A stretch of DNA of 64,000 nucleotides from Takakia lepidozioides. Lineage: Eukaryota > Plantae > Bryophyta. The notes beneath the pieces were generated by a model. The model saw only the letters and a program-made list of their open reading frames with translations, had not been told where the DNA came from and did no database searches. This document shows, piece after piece, positions 1 through 11,559 of this stretch. The position numbers were made by a program, and so were the translations under genes. Each line of letters starts with the position of its first letter. Position 1 is the first letter of the stretch. The stretch covers positions 29,140,001 to 29,204,000 of the forward strand of contig CM060733.1 in assembly GCA_030704615.1 (NCBI GenBank), read 5' to 3'.

Positions 1-330
1 AAGAGCTTGCAATCGCTGGATATTTCAAGTAACAAAATTGATGATGAAGAGGCTTTGCAGGTACCCTCTTGACTGCCTTTTCATCCAGCAGAGGAAGGCT
101 GTCTACATCTCAATAAGGTGGGGAAATAAAGCAAGAATTATGAACATTAGATTGCTTGTTATGGCCTTGGTGGTCAGTTTGCAAGCGGCTACATTTAATA
201 GTGGCTCTGCTTTTGTACTGAAAGTTTACCAGTCTTCCAAGTTTCTCAAGCAAACTTCCTTCATGCAGAAAAGTGGGGGGATTGCCTGTCAATTCCCTGC
301 AATGTTGAAGACCTCTTGGTGTGGATCTCA
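1..330 (-). mobile_element. Possible highly decayed LINE reverse transcriptase remnant
   Basis: A minus frame reads ...CLRNLEDW*TFSTKAEPLLNVAACKLTTKAITSNLMFIILALFPHLIEM*TAFL, loosely like the LINE RT N-terminal block (NWRPI.LLN.DYK..TK.L..RL...LP.LI...Q.AF). It is interrupted by stops and the match is weak. Confidence 0.25.
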
Positions 331-1219
331 TGGGAACAGAACCTCAGGTTTCTTCCACTAAGTCTTCTGCGGTTATCAGGCAACCCCATTGTTTCTTCCA
401 CAGACCATTATCGAAAGAAGACAGTGGCAACCATGCCGACGGTAGGCAGTCAGTTTGAAGGAAAGCTTATCTAAGTGTGTATGATTGAGTTTGAATGTGA
501 ATCTGACAGCCATGCATATCCCTTGTTTGCAAGAGGTTTGAATTGCTCTGATAGTATTGATCTGGTGGACAGCTGCAATACTTGGATGAGAGTCCTGTGT
601 TTGAGAAAGATAAACGTCTGGCTGCTGCATGGACAGAGTTTGGCCTTGAGGTAAGCCTAGTCTCTCAACTAACTTACTTCTTGAGGACTGCAACTTGTGT
701 ACACCTCTATATGCAAGGCCTCCTTTCTTTATTCTCATTCCGGAAAATGGGCAGTGAGCCTTGGCCATGAAGCTACTTATATCCCATGTGTCTTGTGGTG
801 TGCTGGGATCATACTGTGTGTAGGGTGAGAAGGAAATGCGAGATACAATCTTAAAGGAGGAAAGTGCTACCCGTGAACGACACCGCAGAGGCAAAACCCC
901 ATGATAAACCCAATTGCAGGAAGTAGCTGCTTTTCTCTCTCTCATCACTTTGTTCCACCCTGTCCCTGGGCCCTCCTAGCCCCTGTGGACAGTACAAAGC
1001 TTACTTCTTTCTTTCTCTGGGACTGTGCACACCACTCCTCCGCTTTTGAGGTCCAAGTTGCTCATAAATTATTAAGTAGTTGTCCACCATCAGTTGAAGA
1101 GGAGATTTAATCCTTCACAATGAAATCACTCTATGATAATAGAGATGCAGTCTTCGGAGTACAGCAGGTCTCACTCATAATTCTCCTCTTTTCTTGCTTA
1201 GCAATGGTACAAGGTTGAT

Positions 1220-2206
1220 ATGCAATGCATGGAATGGTTTGCAGCCTTCGATGACATGGTCTCAAAAGCCAAGAAGGACCATGCGGACAAACTAACGAAG
1301 GAGCAGATAGAAGGCCGAAAGTTGCAAAAGAGAATGGCAGCAGAAAGACGGGAGCGTGAAGCAATGGAGGAACTAGCTTTAGATAGTGAATCACCAAAGA
1401 AGAAAAAAATTCAAAAAAGCTCCATTGTACCCGTGATGGATGGCGGTGATGACTCCGAATCCTCAGTGCCCCCTCTGGAGACTGTGGAGGGGACATCCAT
1501 TCCTACGTCAACCTTGGAACCTAAGAAAAGGGTAGCCAGCAAACTTGACAGCAATGATCAAGTCACCGTAACTCCAACCAAACTTTTGAAAGGCACTGCT
1601 GTCCATGGTGAGGAAATGGAAGTCGACGCAGACGTGACAGACTTGATGGTCTTGGACTGTAGTGATGCACACACAGGGGCCCAATCGGACAAGAAAGGAA
1701 ACGTTACGTTCTCAAATGACAACACAGATGTTGAGAGATTTTTGACATTGATAGATGCCCACGATGATAAGATGAGCATGGATGCCGGTCCCAGAGAGGA
1801 CATCTGTTGCAGACCTAATCAGCTCATGGAACAACCAAAAAGCTATCTTTCCGGGGAGAATGGCATGCACCCGAATGCAAACCAGCTAATGAGAACTACT
1901 ATCAACACATCAAGTCATCCTGATACCGTCAAGGAGAAGAGCCCGAGTCCAACCCCGCGCAGATCGACGGATCAACTGCTGGAATGGACAGAGAAGGAGA
2001 GAGGCTTCAAGCGGGAGCTGCAAGAACGAGTGTTACGTAAGGCGGTAGCAGATGCCGAGGTCAACCTAGAGGCTAGAAAGCGTCTGATAACAAACCCTGA
2101 AGCTGCTGGAGAGGATGAATCCGCCATACAACCAGTACGGCCCATCATCTGGGGCACCACAATGTATCGAGACCTGTGGGTCAAAGCTGCCACCATCGAC
2201 AACTAA
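1220..2206 (+). CDS. Hypothetical 328-aa charged, low-complexity ORF, probably TE-derived or decayed
   Basis: Long open frame with a coiled-coil-like N-terminus, an NLS-like PKKKK and an acidic S/T-rich middle. No recognisable domain. Similar composition continues in another frame after the stop, which suggests decay. Confidence 0.3.
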   Translation: MQCMEWFAAFDDMVSKAKKDHADKLTKEQIEGRKLQKRMAAERREREAMEELALDSESPKKKKIQKSSIVPVMDGGDDSESSVPPLETVEGTSIPTSTLEPKKRVASKLDSNDQVTVTPTKLLKGTAVHGEEMEVDADVTDLMVLDCSDAHTGAQSDKKGNVTFSNDNTDVERFLTLIDAHDDKMSMDAGPREDICCRPNQLMEQPKSYLSGENGMHPNANQLMRTTINTSSHPDTVKEKSPSPTPRRSTDQLLEWTEKERGFKRELQERVLRKAVADAEVNLEARKRLITNPEAAGEDESAIQPVRPIIWGTTMYRDLWVKAATIDN

Positions 2207-3190
2207 CTTGGATGACGACACAGTCCCAAGTTCTCCCACAAACATCTATGAGGACATTGACAATCCCCTAACTCGGTAAGGTATGTGAAAGTGAGGGTGG
2301 ACTGGGAACGTCGGGTGTAGGAGGCCTCACAGACCAATCCGTTGAGCCAACAAGTTCCTGCCTTTCGATACCAGCCTCGCAGGACGATTGAGTTCCAGAT
2401 GCTTGAGGCTCTAGACCATGACTTCGACTCATCACCGAGTCCCGTCTGATAAATTTTTCTTAAGAACAGAAGGTATATGCAGGGAAACAGATGAGTTTCC
2501 CAGAACTAAAGTTACTGTCCAAACAGACTCCAGACACCTTGATCAGTTATTGCAATCCTATCTGTAGAGCCAATCCTTGCTTGTGCTTGCACACCCTCAA
2601 AAAGAGAGAGCGTGTTAGGTGCATCACATTATGAAACACATGTCTCCTGCAAGAACAAAAAGCAAGCCTTCATCAACGCTGTTCATGCATCCAGGAGGCA
2701 AAATCACAGGTGCGGGCCAGGAACCAGCCCACGATTGCAGATTTCCTCAAGAAATAGCAGTTTGCCATGTGGGTCTTTGACCCTCTTCGGTCTTCTATCT
2801 TCAGAGGAGGGCCTGGCAGTGAGGCATGCCAAGTGGGATGAGTTGGGCCGGACCCCATCACAATCTACTACATGTACGCCACATCGCAATACTGTGTACA
2901 GGTGCCTACAATGCTAGTGCGCATCATGACACCTGTGAAGGGCAGGTGGCGAACTTCAAGTGTATCAACGTTAGTAAGTCCTGGAGATTCGAGGGAGATT
3001 TCTAGTTTTATTCCAAAGTCCTGTAGGATTTGCAGGGAGATTGAATCCTTTGAGGAAGTTTGGAAGGAAGCCCAGACTGTGAATCACACTACACATTGCC
3101 ACGGCAAGACTCACAAATCCGATGATTCCGGTTATATAGTTAGAAGGAGCTAGTTTATTCTTAGTATTTTAACTGCTCTGAGGAGGTGTC

Positions 3191-6100
3191 ATGGTCACTG
3201 TATGCGTTCCTCTTCTATCGGCCAGTTCAATGCAATCTCTCGCAGCTGCAAACAGTGTCAGCACTTCTACATCCTCACAGCGCTCCCAAATTGCGAAGAC
3301 CTCTTTCATTGGTACTCCAGTTCCTGCCAGACTATCTTTCTCGCCTGCAATGGCGCCAGGAGCTAATCCGAACCTTGTGAATCCAGTGAGGAGTGGCATC
3401 CTCGGTCTTGGAAGCAATGGAAATGGGCATGCAGCTCCCAAAGATTCCGAGGATCAGCCCCGACTGGGAACCCATGGGAAGCCTCTCTATACCACCCTCG
3501 GCGGTCACCCTGTCTCGGATGACAACAACAGGTAGGGACTACAGACGTTGACGACTTTGACAGCTTTGGGGACTGAAGCGAAAGTTATTCTCATACAGTC
3601 CTGGGATCTTTGGAGCTGTGCTCACACATGCACTCATGCATACATCCAACTTGGAAACCAGTAGATCTCAGCTTATGAGCTGAATCACCATCGAAGTCTG
3701 TGTGTAAGAGTGTTCGCGAGTGAATTTAAGCCGCGGGTAATCGGGCCTTGAGCTGATAACGAGTATACTTATTGTGGACAGCATAATTGTAGATGGGAGT
3801 TTGGCACTGTCTGAATCTCGAATCTGATATTAGTGGTTGACATCTTGCAGTTTGACGATTGGAGAGAGCGGGACATTGACATTTGAGGATCGACATGTGC
3901 TAGAGAAACTAGCTCACATGAATCGCGAGCGCATTCCTGAGCGCGTTGTCCATGCTAAGGGTGCTGGAGCTCATGGATACTTTGAAGTCACCCAGTAAGT
4001 TCCTCCTCTCTATTGCACTTCAGGAAATCAAGATATTGCTCAAAACTCTCTTTCTGACGTTGAATAAAAACTCTTCATACAGCTACTGGTCTCTTGCTGG
4101 GTGGTTCAATTCAAGGAATCTAGCATGTCCAGCCGGTCGAATTACAGATTATGACTGCATTGTTTAAGACTGATGGTCAAATCTCCGAAGAAGTGCGTTT
4201 AACAAAAGGTCTGACGATCATTTAGATCGCTTACAAATCTAGTTAAATTAGCTGGCACCCGCTCTTCTGTTCACAATCCGTACTGGTTTTTGATGTATAC
4301 CAATATGTTTGCTGTGCAGGGATGTGACAGATTTGGTTAAGTCAAAGTTTCTGAGCGAAGTTGGTAAGCGCACCCCAATTTTTGGCAGATTCTCAAGTGT
4401 GACCGGTGAATCTGGATATGCTGACACCGCCCGCGACCCACGAGGATTCTCCATCAAATTTTACACGGAGGAGGGAAATTGGGACATGGTTGGGAACAAC
4501 ACGCCCGTGTTTTTCATCAGGGATCCACTGAAGTTCCCGGATTTGATTCACTCTCAGAAGCGGAACCCGCAGACGCACATGAAGGATCCAACTGCGTATT
4601 GGGATTTTCTTAGCCTCGTGCCCGAGTCTCTTCATCAGGTACTTTGCAACTTCTGTTACAGATGTGTGTGTCTTTATTTTGACACCCAACCCATTACCTG
4701 GTGCTAGCTTGAACATCACAATTGAAAACGTCCAGGTCCACTACAATGTACAGACAGATTTTATCGTAATTTGCAGAACCTGTTAACTAATTTATTGGAT
4801 CACTTGCTTGATGGGCGGATTGTGTACACCCAGAAATCTAAGCGTTAATACAGTATTGTATATTCTCCCTTGTCTACTCTGGAAAAAGAACACTGAGATC
4901 ATCATGAATCGACATTTAGAGCTATAGGAAGATAGATGCATATCCAACTAAGCTCAGTGGAGTAAAACACCTGTAGACAAATGATCCCTTCGTTGGCAGT
5001 GACTTGAGAAATTTGGTTTCTGGCAGGCATTGATCACCTTCTCCCCAAGAGGAGTTCCTGATGGTTTCCGGCACATGCATGGCTATGGCTCTCACACATA
5101 TAAGTGGGTGAATCCGGAAGGAAAGGCCCACTGGATTAAGTTTCACTTCCTAAGTGACCAAGGCATCAAGAATCTTACCCACGAACAAGCAGTCGAAATC
5201 GCCGGGATTAACCCCGACTACGCTACTGAAGATCTCTTCCAAAACATCCAAAATGGCAATTTTCCATCGTGGACATTCAAGGTGCAAGTTATGCCTCTTG
5301 AAGACGCGTTCACGTATCGCTGGGACCCATTTGATTTGACCAAGGTACGTCTGCTCGTCCTTCTCTGTTGTTTGTGGAAATTGCATCAGTGATGGAGAAT
5401 ATGGTTTGCGACCCGACGTGAAATGGATGTGGAATAGTTTGGATCTGTTTGATACCAGCTCGCAGAGTGGCATTTGATGTCATACTCTTCTGGTTTCTGG
5501 AGGTACTCTACTCTGGCCATTAATGGACAATGTATGTGCAGGTGTGGCCTCACAAGGATTATCCGTTGAGAGAAGTTGGAAAACTCGTTCTCAATAGGAA
5601 TGTCACAAACTACTTCGCAGAGGTAGAGCAGGCATCTTTCTCCCCGGCGCACATGGTACCTGGTATTGAAGCATCACCAGACCGTGTGCTGCAATCGCGC
5701 TTGTTTGCTTACGACGATACCGCCCGGTACCGATTGGGAGCCAATTACTTGCAGGTGAAGATCCCAGATTGCCCTACCAATTTCTGCTTGCATTGAAATA
5801 TACAAGTTTTATATACATGTCAGCTAGACTGTCCTTCTCCGCTCCGAAGTTGCCATTGCTTGACATTGATATTGGGTTTTACAGAGCATAAGTTCTGCAC
5901 ATGGAGGTTTCCTTAACTCCAGAGCTTATGCTGCAGATGCCTAAGCGTGAATCTGCTTCGTATTCTTACTTCAATCTGAGTTGTGATTTCATGACGATGA
6001 TGTTATAGTCAACCTGTCTGAGGAAAAAGTAGGCTAGAGTACAACTAAATTGTCTTTCTTTATTCACTGTGTGGGCAATTTGTGGCTGCAGATTCCTATC

Positions 6101-6718
6101 AATCGATGTCCATTTGCCAAAGTGCAAACTTATGCACGAGATGGGCCGATGGTACTAAGCGACAATGGAGGCAGTAAGCCCAACTACTATCCCAACTCAT
6201 TCGAAGATTTACCTCAGCCTGACCCTGCGCAACCAGATGTACATCCTTACAAGTAAGCCAGTATTACCTTTGTTAAACTTCGCAGATGGTGTATGAAGTT
6301 CAGTTATATACTATTTGCAGTTCTGAAAAGCAACGCTCTAGTTCAATGAGGATCGGAGGTAGGAGTGAGCGCTAGCTCTGGGCTTCTACTATGCTCTAAA
6401 GTCGGTATAAGAAATTCTGACACCCCAGTTGACATTTGGAACAGACACGATGGGGGAATCGTTGCAAGGGCTTCACCCCGCAAATGGATAGAGCAAGATG
6501 ATTATGAGCAACCTCGAATGCTCTGGCAAAAGATGTCACCAGAAGACCAGGAGCTAACTGCCAAAAATTTTGCCGGGCACATCAAAGGAGCTCAAGAATT
6601 CATCATTAAGAGGCAAATTGGAGTCTTCCGTAAATGCGATGAGAGTTTGGCATCTAAAGTGGAGGAAGCTCTGGAGATGAAGAAGAAATCTCCAGATCCT
6701 TTCACCATGGTGGCATAA
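3191..6718 (+). CDS. CAT: Monofunctional heme catalase, clade-3 type, 7 exons, 589 aa, putative plastid transit peptide
   Basis: Exons 3191-3531, 3851-3994, 4320-4638, 5027-5344, 5542-5754, 6092-6252 and 6445-6718 are all GT-AG and sum to 1770 nt in frame. Motifs: [20 protein letters not shown] (distal His), [26 protein letters not shown] (Asn), RLFAYDDT (proximal Tyr). Alternative in-frame ATGs at 3230 and 3350. Confidence 0.95.
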
Positions 6719-7114
6719 ATTTATCAATTGTGTAAATTTTCACACACTTAGTATGACTCATGCTGTACAAATTGTAGGATAATACTACAACAGTCTGTTA
6801 ATTTTTAAATAAAACACGTTGTTCTCTGTTGCCTGTCATCATCTTTTGGCAGCTATTTGTGTAAGACATTTGCCCCACCGCGACAAGACAATGTTACAAA
6901 ATTTTGTTCTTCCATTGTTCATATCTTTAGGATAGTAGCTAGTGCCAAGTTTTTGTTGACAGAAGACCACGACGACAAGTTCTGGCTAAACCTTAATATA
7001 CATTCTAGCCAAAAAATCACATTATTTCTAGCCAAATAACTATATTGTTAATAGTTGAATTATTGAAGGGGAAGAAGAGTGAAATCTCAAAAGGTGTTAT
7101 ACGGCCTCAACAGT

Positions 7115-7985
7115 CAACCATGACCAAGAAAAAAGACTGTAACATATTTTTTACATTTATTCTAATGATCGCTTAAATCCAATGTAAGGTTCTCTTAAAT
7201 TGGAAAAAATAAATAAATAAATAAAATGTTATTGACGCTTGTTGTAAGCGTCCTTTATAGCATTCTAAGCCGCTCTAAGGATTTCATAGAGCAGGAAAAC
7301 AAATTGGTCATGGTTGACCAAAGAAGATAAACCTTAACATATTTTTTACATTTATTCTAACAATCCCTTAATATCCTTAGAGCCAATGTAAGGATTTGTT
7401 AGATTGGGAAAATAGAACAAGCTAAATTGCTATTTACGTTCATTCTAAGGATCCCTTAGAGCCGCACTCTAGAATTTCATACAGTGGGAAAACATAAATA
7501 GCTAAATTGCTATTTATATTCACTCTAAGAATCCTTTAGAGCCGCTGTAGGGGTTTTTTAGAGTGAAAAAACAGAAAAAACTAATTTGCTATTTACATTC
7601 TATCTAAGTATTACTTAAGAGTTAAAAAATTAAAAAAAGATAAATTGCTATTTACATTCGCTCTAAGGATCGCCGCTCTAAGCCGCTCTAGGATTTTCTA
7701 CAGCGGGGAAACAGAAAAAGCTAACTTGCTATTTGTATTTGCTCTAAGGATCCTTCAGAGCTGCTCTAAGGATTTATTAGAGCGGGAAAACAAAAAAAAT
7801 CTAAATGGCTATTTGTAGTTGATCCAAGCATTAGTTAGAGCAAGAAAACGGAATAAATTATATTGCTTTTCGCTCTAAGGATCCCTTAGAGACGCTCTGA
7901 GCCGCTTTAAGGATTTTTTAGAGTGATTAAAAAAACAACACATTCACTCTAAGAGTTTCTTAGAATCACTCTAACGATTTTTTTT
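7115..7985. repeat. Degenerate ~60-80 bp minisatellite array A with palindromic core
   Basis: About 10 units of consensus ~aaattgctatttacattcgCTCTAAGGatcCCTTAGAGccgctctaaggatttcttagagcgggaaaacagaaaaagct. CTCTAAGG and CCTTAGAG are reverse complements. Confidence 0.85.
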
Positions 7986-8164
7986 ATTGCTGATTGAATT
8001 GGAATATTATCAATATTATACATGTCATATTTGATGTATACAGGAAAAAATAATAATAATAATAATAAATGTATAGGGATTCGAACCCTTACAGCTATCC
8101 ATTATAGCATACAAAATTATGGCCCAAAGGCCTTAAAGATTAACCATGAAGGTTAAAAAAATTG

Positions 8165-8510
8165 GAGATTTTGAAATATAATATGATAAATAATTTGATT
8201 GAATGGATTTTGAATTTATTGAAATGATGAAGTCTGAGGTTGAAAACATGATATAATATAATATTATACATTATATATTATTTATTTATTTATATTTAAA
8301 ATATTTATTAATATTATATTATTATGTAATAAGTTTTTAAATTATTACACGTTAATATTAAGTTAAATTAAATTCGTTAATATAAATAGTATATTTGAAG
8401 TTTTTGAGATGTAATATGATAGATAACTTTGATTTATTAGATTTAAATTGGAATGATGAATCTGACATTGAAAGCATGATATAAATTGATAATATATAAT
8501 ATACATCATT
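8165..8510. repeat. Diverged ~100 bp direct duplication in AT-rich DNA
   Basis: ttttga..t.taatatgata.ataa.tt...gatgaa.tctga..ttgaaa.catgatata occurs at ~8168-8270 and ~8401-8500. Confidence 0.55.
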
Positions 8511-8969
8511 ATGTTTAAATAAATGAATATATTATACTATCGATTCTTTTAAATAAATATTTTAGTATGTTCATTTATTTTAAAAAATTAATATTTTAAT
8601 TTTGAAATATGAAAATATAATAATAAGATAAAGTGATATGAATAAATAATTATGTAGTAAGTAAAAATAACACATGATTGTAACTGATAATGATTGATTT
8701 ATGATAATAGATGGAATGATCCGCACCTCCCCGCACGCGCGCAAACACCACGGAGGACGATGATGCACATGAGGTGGATGCCCATGTGTTTACTTCCACA
8801 CCCCTTATTAGAATCATTAAAAGTTATATTACTGTACGAATTAAATCAACACATATTTACAATTAAAAATAATAAAATATTATTCAAAATTTAACTTTTA
8901 TACAACCAGTCACTTATAAGTACACCATGCTCTTAAGCAAGTATGTTATATATTTATTTATTTATTTAT

Positions 8970-9130
8970 GAATCACATATACTATTTATTGGTATGTACC
9001 GACAAAATTGGTAGGTTGTCATCATTTATTATAATTAACACAAAACTTTATTTTCGATAAACGTTCATACATCCATTTATAATGCATTGACATCATTTTT
9101 AGAAATAAACCTTTACATATTAGTACCTAT
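8970..9130 (+). repeat. Left copy of ~160 bp direct repeat flanking array B
   Basis: gaatcacat.tactatttatt...ttcgataaacg.tcataca...taatgca...aataaacctt...ttagtacctat is repeated at ~10663-10801. Confidence 0.7.
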
Positions 9131-9154
9131 GTTAAAAATAGTAAAATAGTAAAA

Positions 9155-10610
9155 TATTGTTTATAACTGCCCTTAGGACTCCTTAGGATTTCCCTAAGGA
9201 GTCCTAAGGGGAGGAAAAACTGGAAATATGTAAATTATTATTTATTATTGCCCTTAGGACTCCCTAGGGCGTCCCTAAGCAGTCCTAAGGGGGGGAGGGA
9301 TGAAAACATATATATTATTATCTATAATTACCCTAAGGACTTCTTAGGACCTAAGGAGTCCTAAGAGGAAAAAAATGGACAGACATAAATATTTGCATTT
9401 AAGACCCGTTTAGTCAGCCTAAGGAGTTATAAGAGGGGGAGAATGGAAACATATAAATTATTATCTATAATTGCCCTTAGGACTCCTTAGGCCGGCCCTA
9501 AGGAGTTCTAAGAGGGTGAAAATAGAAATATATAAATTATAAGAAAATAAATACATATATATTATTATTTATAATTACCCTTAGGATGGAAAGACATAAA
9601 TAATTGCCCTTAAGAGCCGTTTAGGTAACCTAAAGAGTTATAAGAGGGGGGAAATGGAACATATAATTATTATCTATAATTGCCCTTAGGACTGTCCTAA
9701 GCAGTCCTAAGAGGGGAAAATGCAAATATATAAATTATTATTATAATTGCCCGTCCTAAAAAGGAAAAATAAAAATATATAAATTATTATTGTAATTGCC
9801 CTTAGGACTCCTTAGGGCGGGTCCTAAGAGAGAGAAAAATGAAAACACATAAATTATTATTTATAATTATCCTTAGGGCTTCTTAGGACAGTCTATGGAG
9901 TCATAAGAGAAGAAAAATGGAAAGACATAAATAATTGCCCTTAAGACCCGATTAGGCAGCCTAAGGGGTTATAAGAAGGGAATAAGTAAAAGATGTAAAT
10001 TATTATTTATAATTGCCCTTATGACTCCTTAGGACGGCCCTAAGAAGTCCTAAGAGAGGGAAAATGAAAATATATAAATTATTATTTATAAATGCCCTTA
10101 GGACTCCATTGGGCCGCCCTAAAGAGTCCTAAGAAGTGGAAAAATAAAAACATATAAATTATTATTTATAATTACTGACTTCTTAAGACAGTCTAAGAGG
10201 AGAAAAATGGAAAGACGTAAATAATCGCCCTTAAGACCCGTTTCAGCAGTCTAAGAGAGGGAGAAAATATAAACATATAAATTATTATCTATAATTGCCC
10301 TTGGGACTCCTTAGGGCCGTCCTAAGAAGGGGAAAAATTAAAAAATGTAAATTATTATTATAATTGCCCTTAGGACTCCTTAGGGCGCCCTAAAGAGTCC
10401 TAAGAGTGGGAAAATAGAATGATATAAATTATAATAGCCTCCTAAGAGGGGGAAAATGGAAAGATGTATTTTGTTATTTATAATTGTCATTAGAACTCCT
10501 TAGGGCGGCCCTAAGGAGTCCTAAGAGGGGAAAATAAAAAGATGCAAATTGTTATTTTTTATTGCTCTTAGGACTCCTTAGGGCAGCCCTAAGGAGTCCT
10601 AACCGGGGGG
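9155..10610. repeat. ~70-80 bp palindromic minisatellite array B with higher-order variant
   Basis: About 20 units of ~aaattattatttataattgccCTTAGGACTCCTTAGGGCgGCCCTAAGGAGTCCTAAGaggggaaaa, with an 18-bp inverted-repeat core. A variant unit (taagacccgtttag) recurs at ~9399, 9610, 9941 and 10231. Confidence 0.92.
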
Positions 10611-10662
10611 GGGGGAGGGGGGGGAAATAATAATAATAAATAAATAAATAAATCAACTTTAA

Positions 10663-10801
10663 GAATCACATGTACTATTTATTTGTAGGTGACACCATTT
10701 ATTACAATTAAAACAAGATTTTGTCTTCGATAAACGATCATACAGCTATTTGTAATGCACCGATATCCATTTTTAATAAACCTTCATAAGTTAGTACCTA
10801 T
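10663..10801 (+). repeat. Right copy of direct repeat flanking array B
   Basis: Colinear with 8970-9130. Confidence 0.7.
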
Positions 10802-10909
10802 TCAAAAAGTGTGTGGGATAAGGTTAATAAATAGCAACTTTTCATTATGTTTTCATCCAGTTATTTTATTTTTCATTCATTCTTTTTAGACTATACCTCA
10901 TTTTTTCCC

Positions 10910-11370
10910 CTATAAGTATAGAAAACGAGGATCATTTTCTTCTCTTTCTTCCGCAAGTTGTTTGCAGACAATAGATTTCTCAGTTTTGCTCTTTTACCTT
11001 CGTTTTTGTGTTTCTTCTTTGTTTCTGTTGCTTCTTTATGTTTCTGAGTCCTTTCGGTTCTTTGACAATGTTTTTTAGTTCTTCTTAGTAGTTTCATTTG
11101 TCTTTGTTCTTCACTTTTGGTTCTCTGTTTATGTTTCTTTCTAATCTCTATTCTTTATCTTTCTGTGTGAGTTTTACGATAGAATAGAACTTTCTCTTCA
11201 TTTTTCTCTTTCATTCTGTTGTCTTTTTTTCCTTTGAAAACTCTATAAGTATGCAGAATGAGGATCATTTCTTTCACTTTCTTCTGCAAACAAGCTTTTT
11301 GTATAGAATAGAATTGTCTCTGAGTTCTGCTCCTTTGCCATCGTTTGTGTTTCTTCTTTGCTTCTGTTGT
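10910..11370. repeat. CT-rich diverged tandem duplication (~330 bp period)
   Basis: tataagtat..a.aa.gaggatcattt...tttcttctttg.ttctgttg occurs at ~10910-11030 and ~11243-11370. Confidence 0.55.
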
Positions 11371-11559
11371 GTTTCCGGTGTTTGATCGAGAATGTGGCCA
11401 TCATGTCCTCAATGACCTCGTTGAGAAAATGCGATCATCTATCACTGACCAACTCACGAGGACAACCAAATCGAGAAAGGATATACTCGAAGATAAAAGC
11501 CAGTAGTTTGAGCATTTGCTTTCCTAACTGCTTTGGCTTCGGCCCACTTTGTCAGATAC

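Noticed and set aside
8070-8140. tRNA gene (B-box gggttcgaatccc on the minus strand)
   Set aside because: No cloverleaf or convincing A box; at most a decayed SINE-like remnant.
9155-10610. CRISPR-like appearance (palindromic repeats at regular spacing)
   Set aside because: The intervening sequences are themselves repeated rather than unique spacers, there are no cas genes, and the context is eukaryotic.
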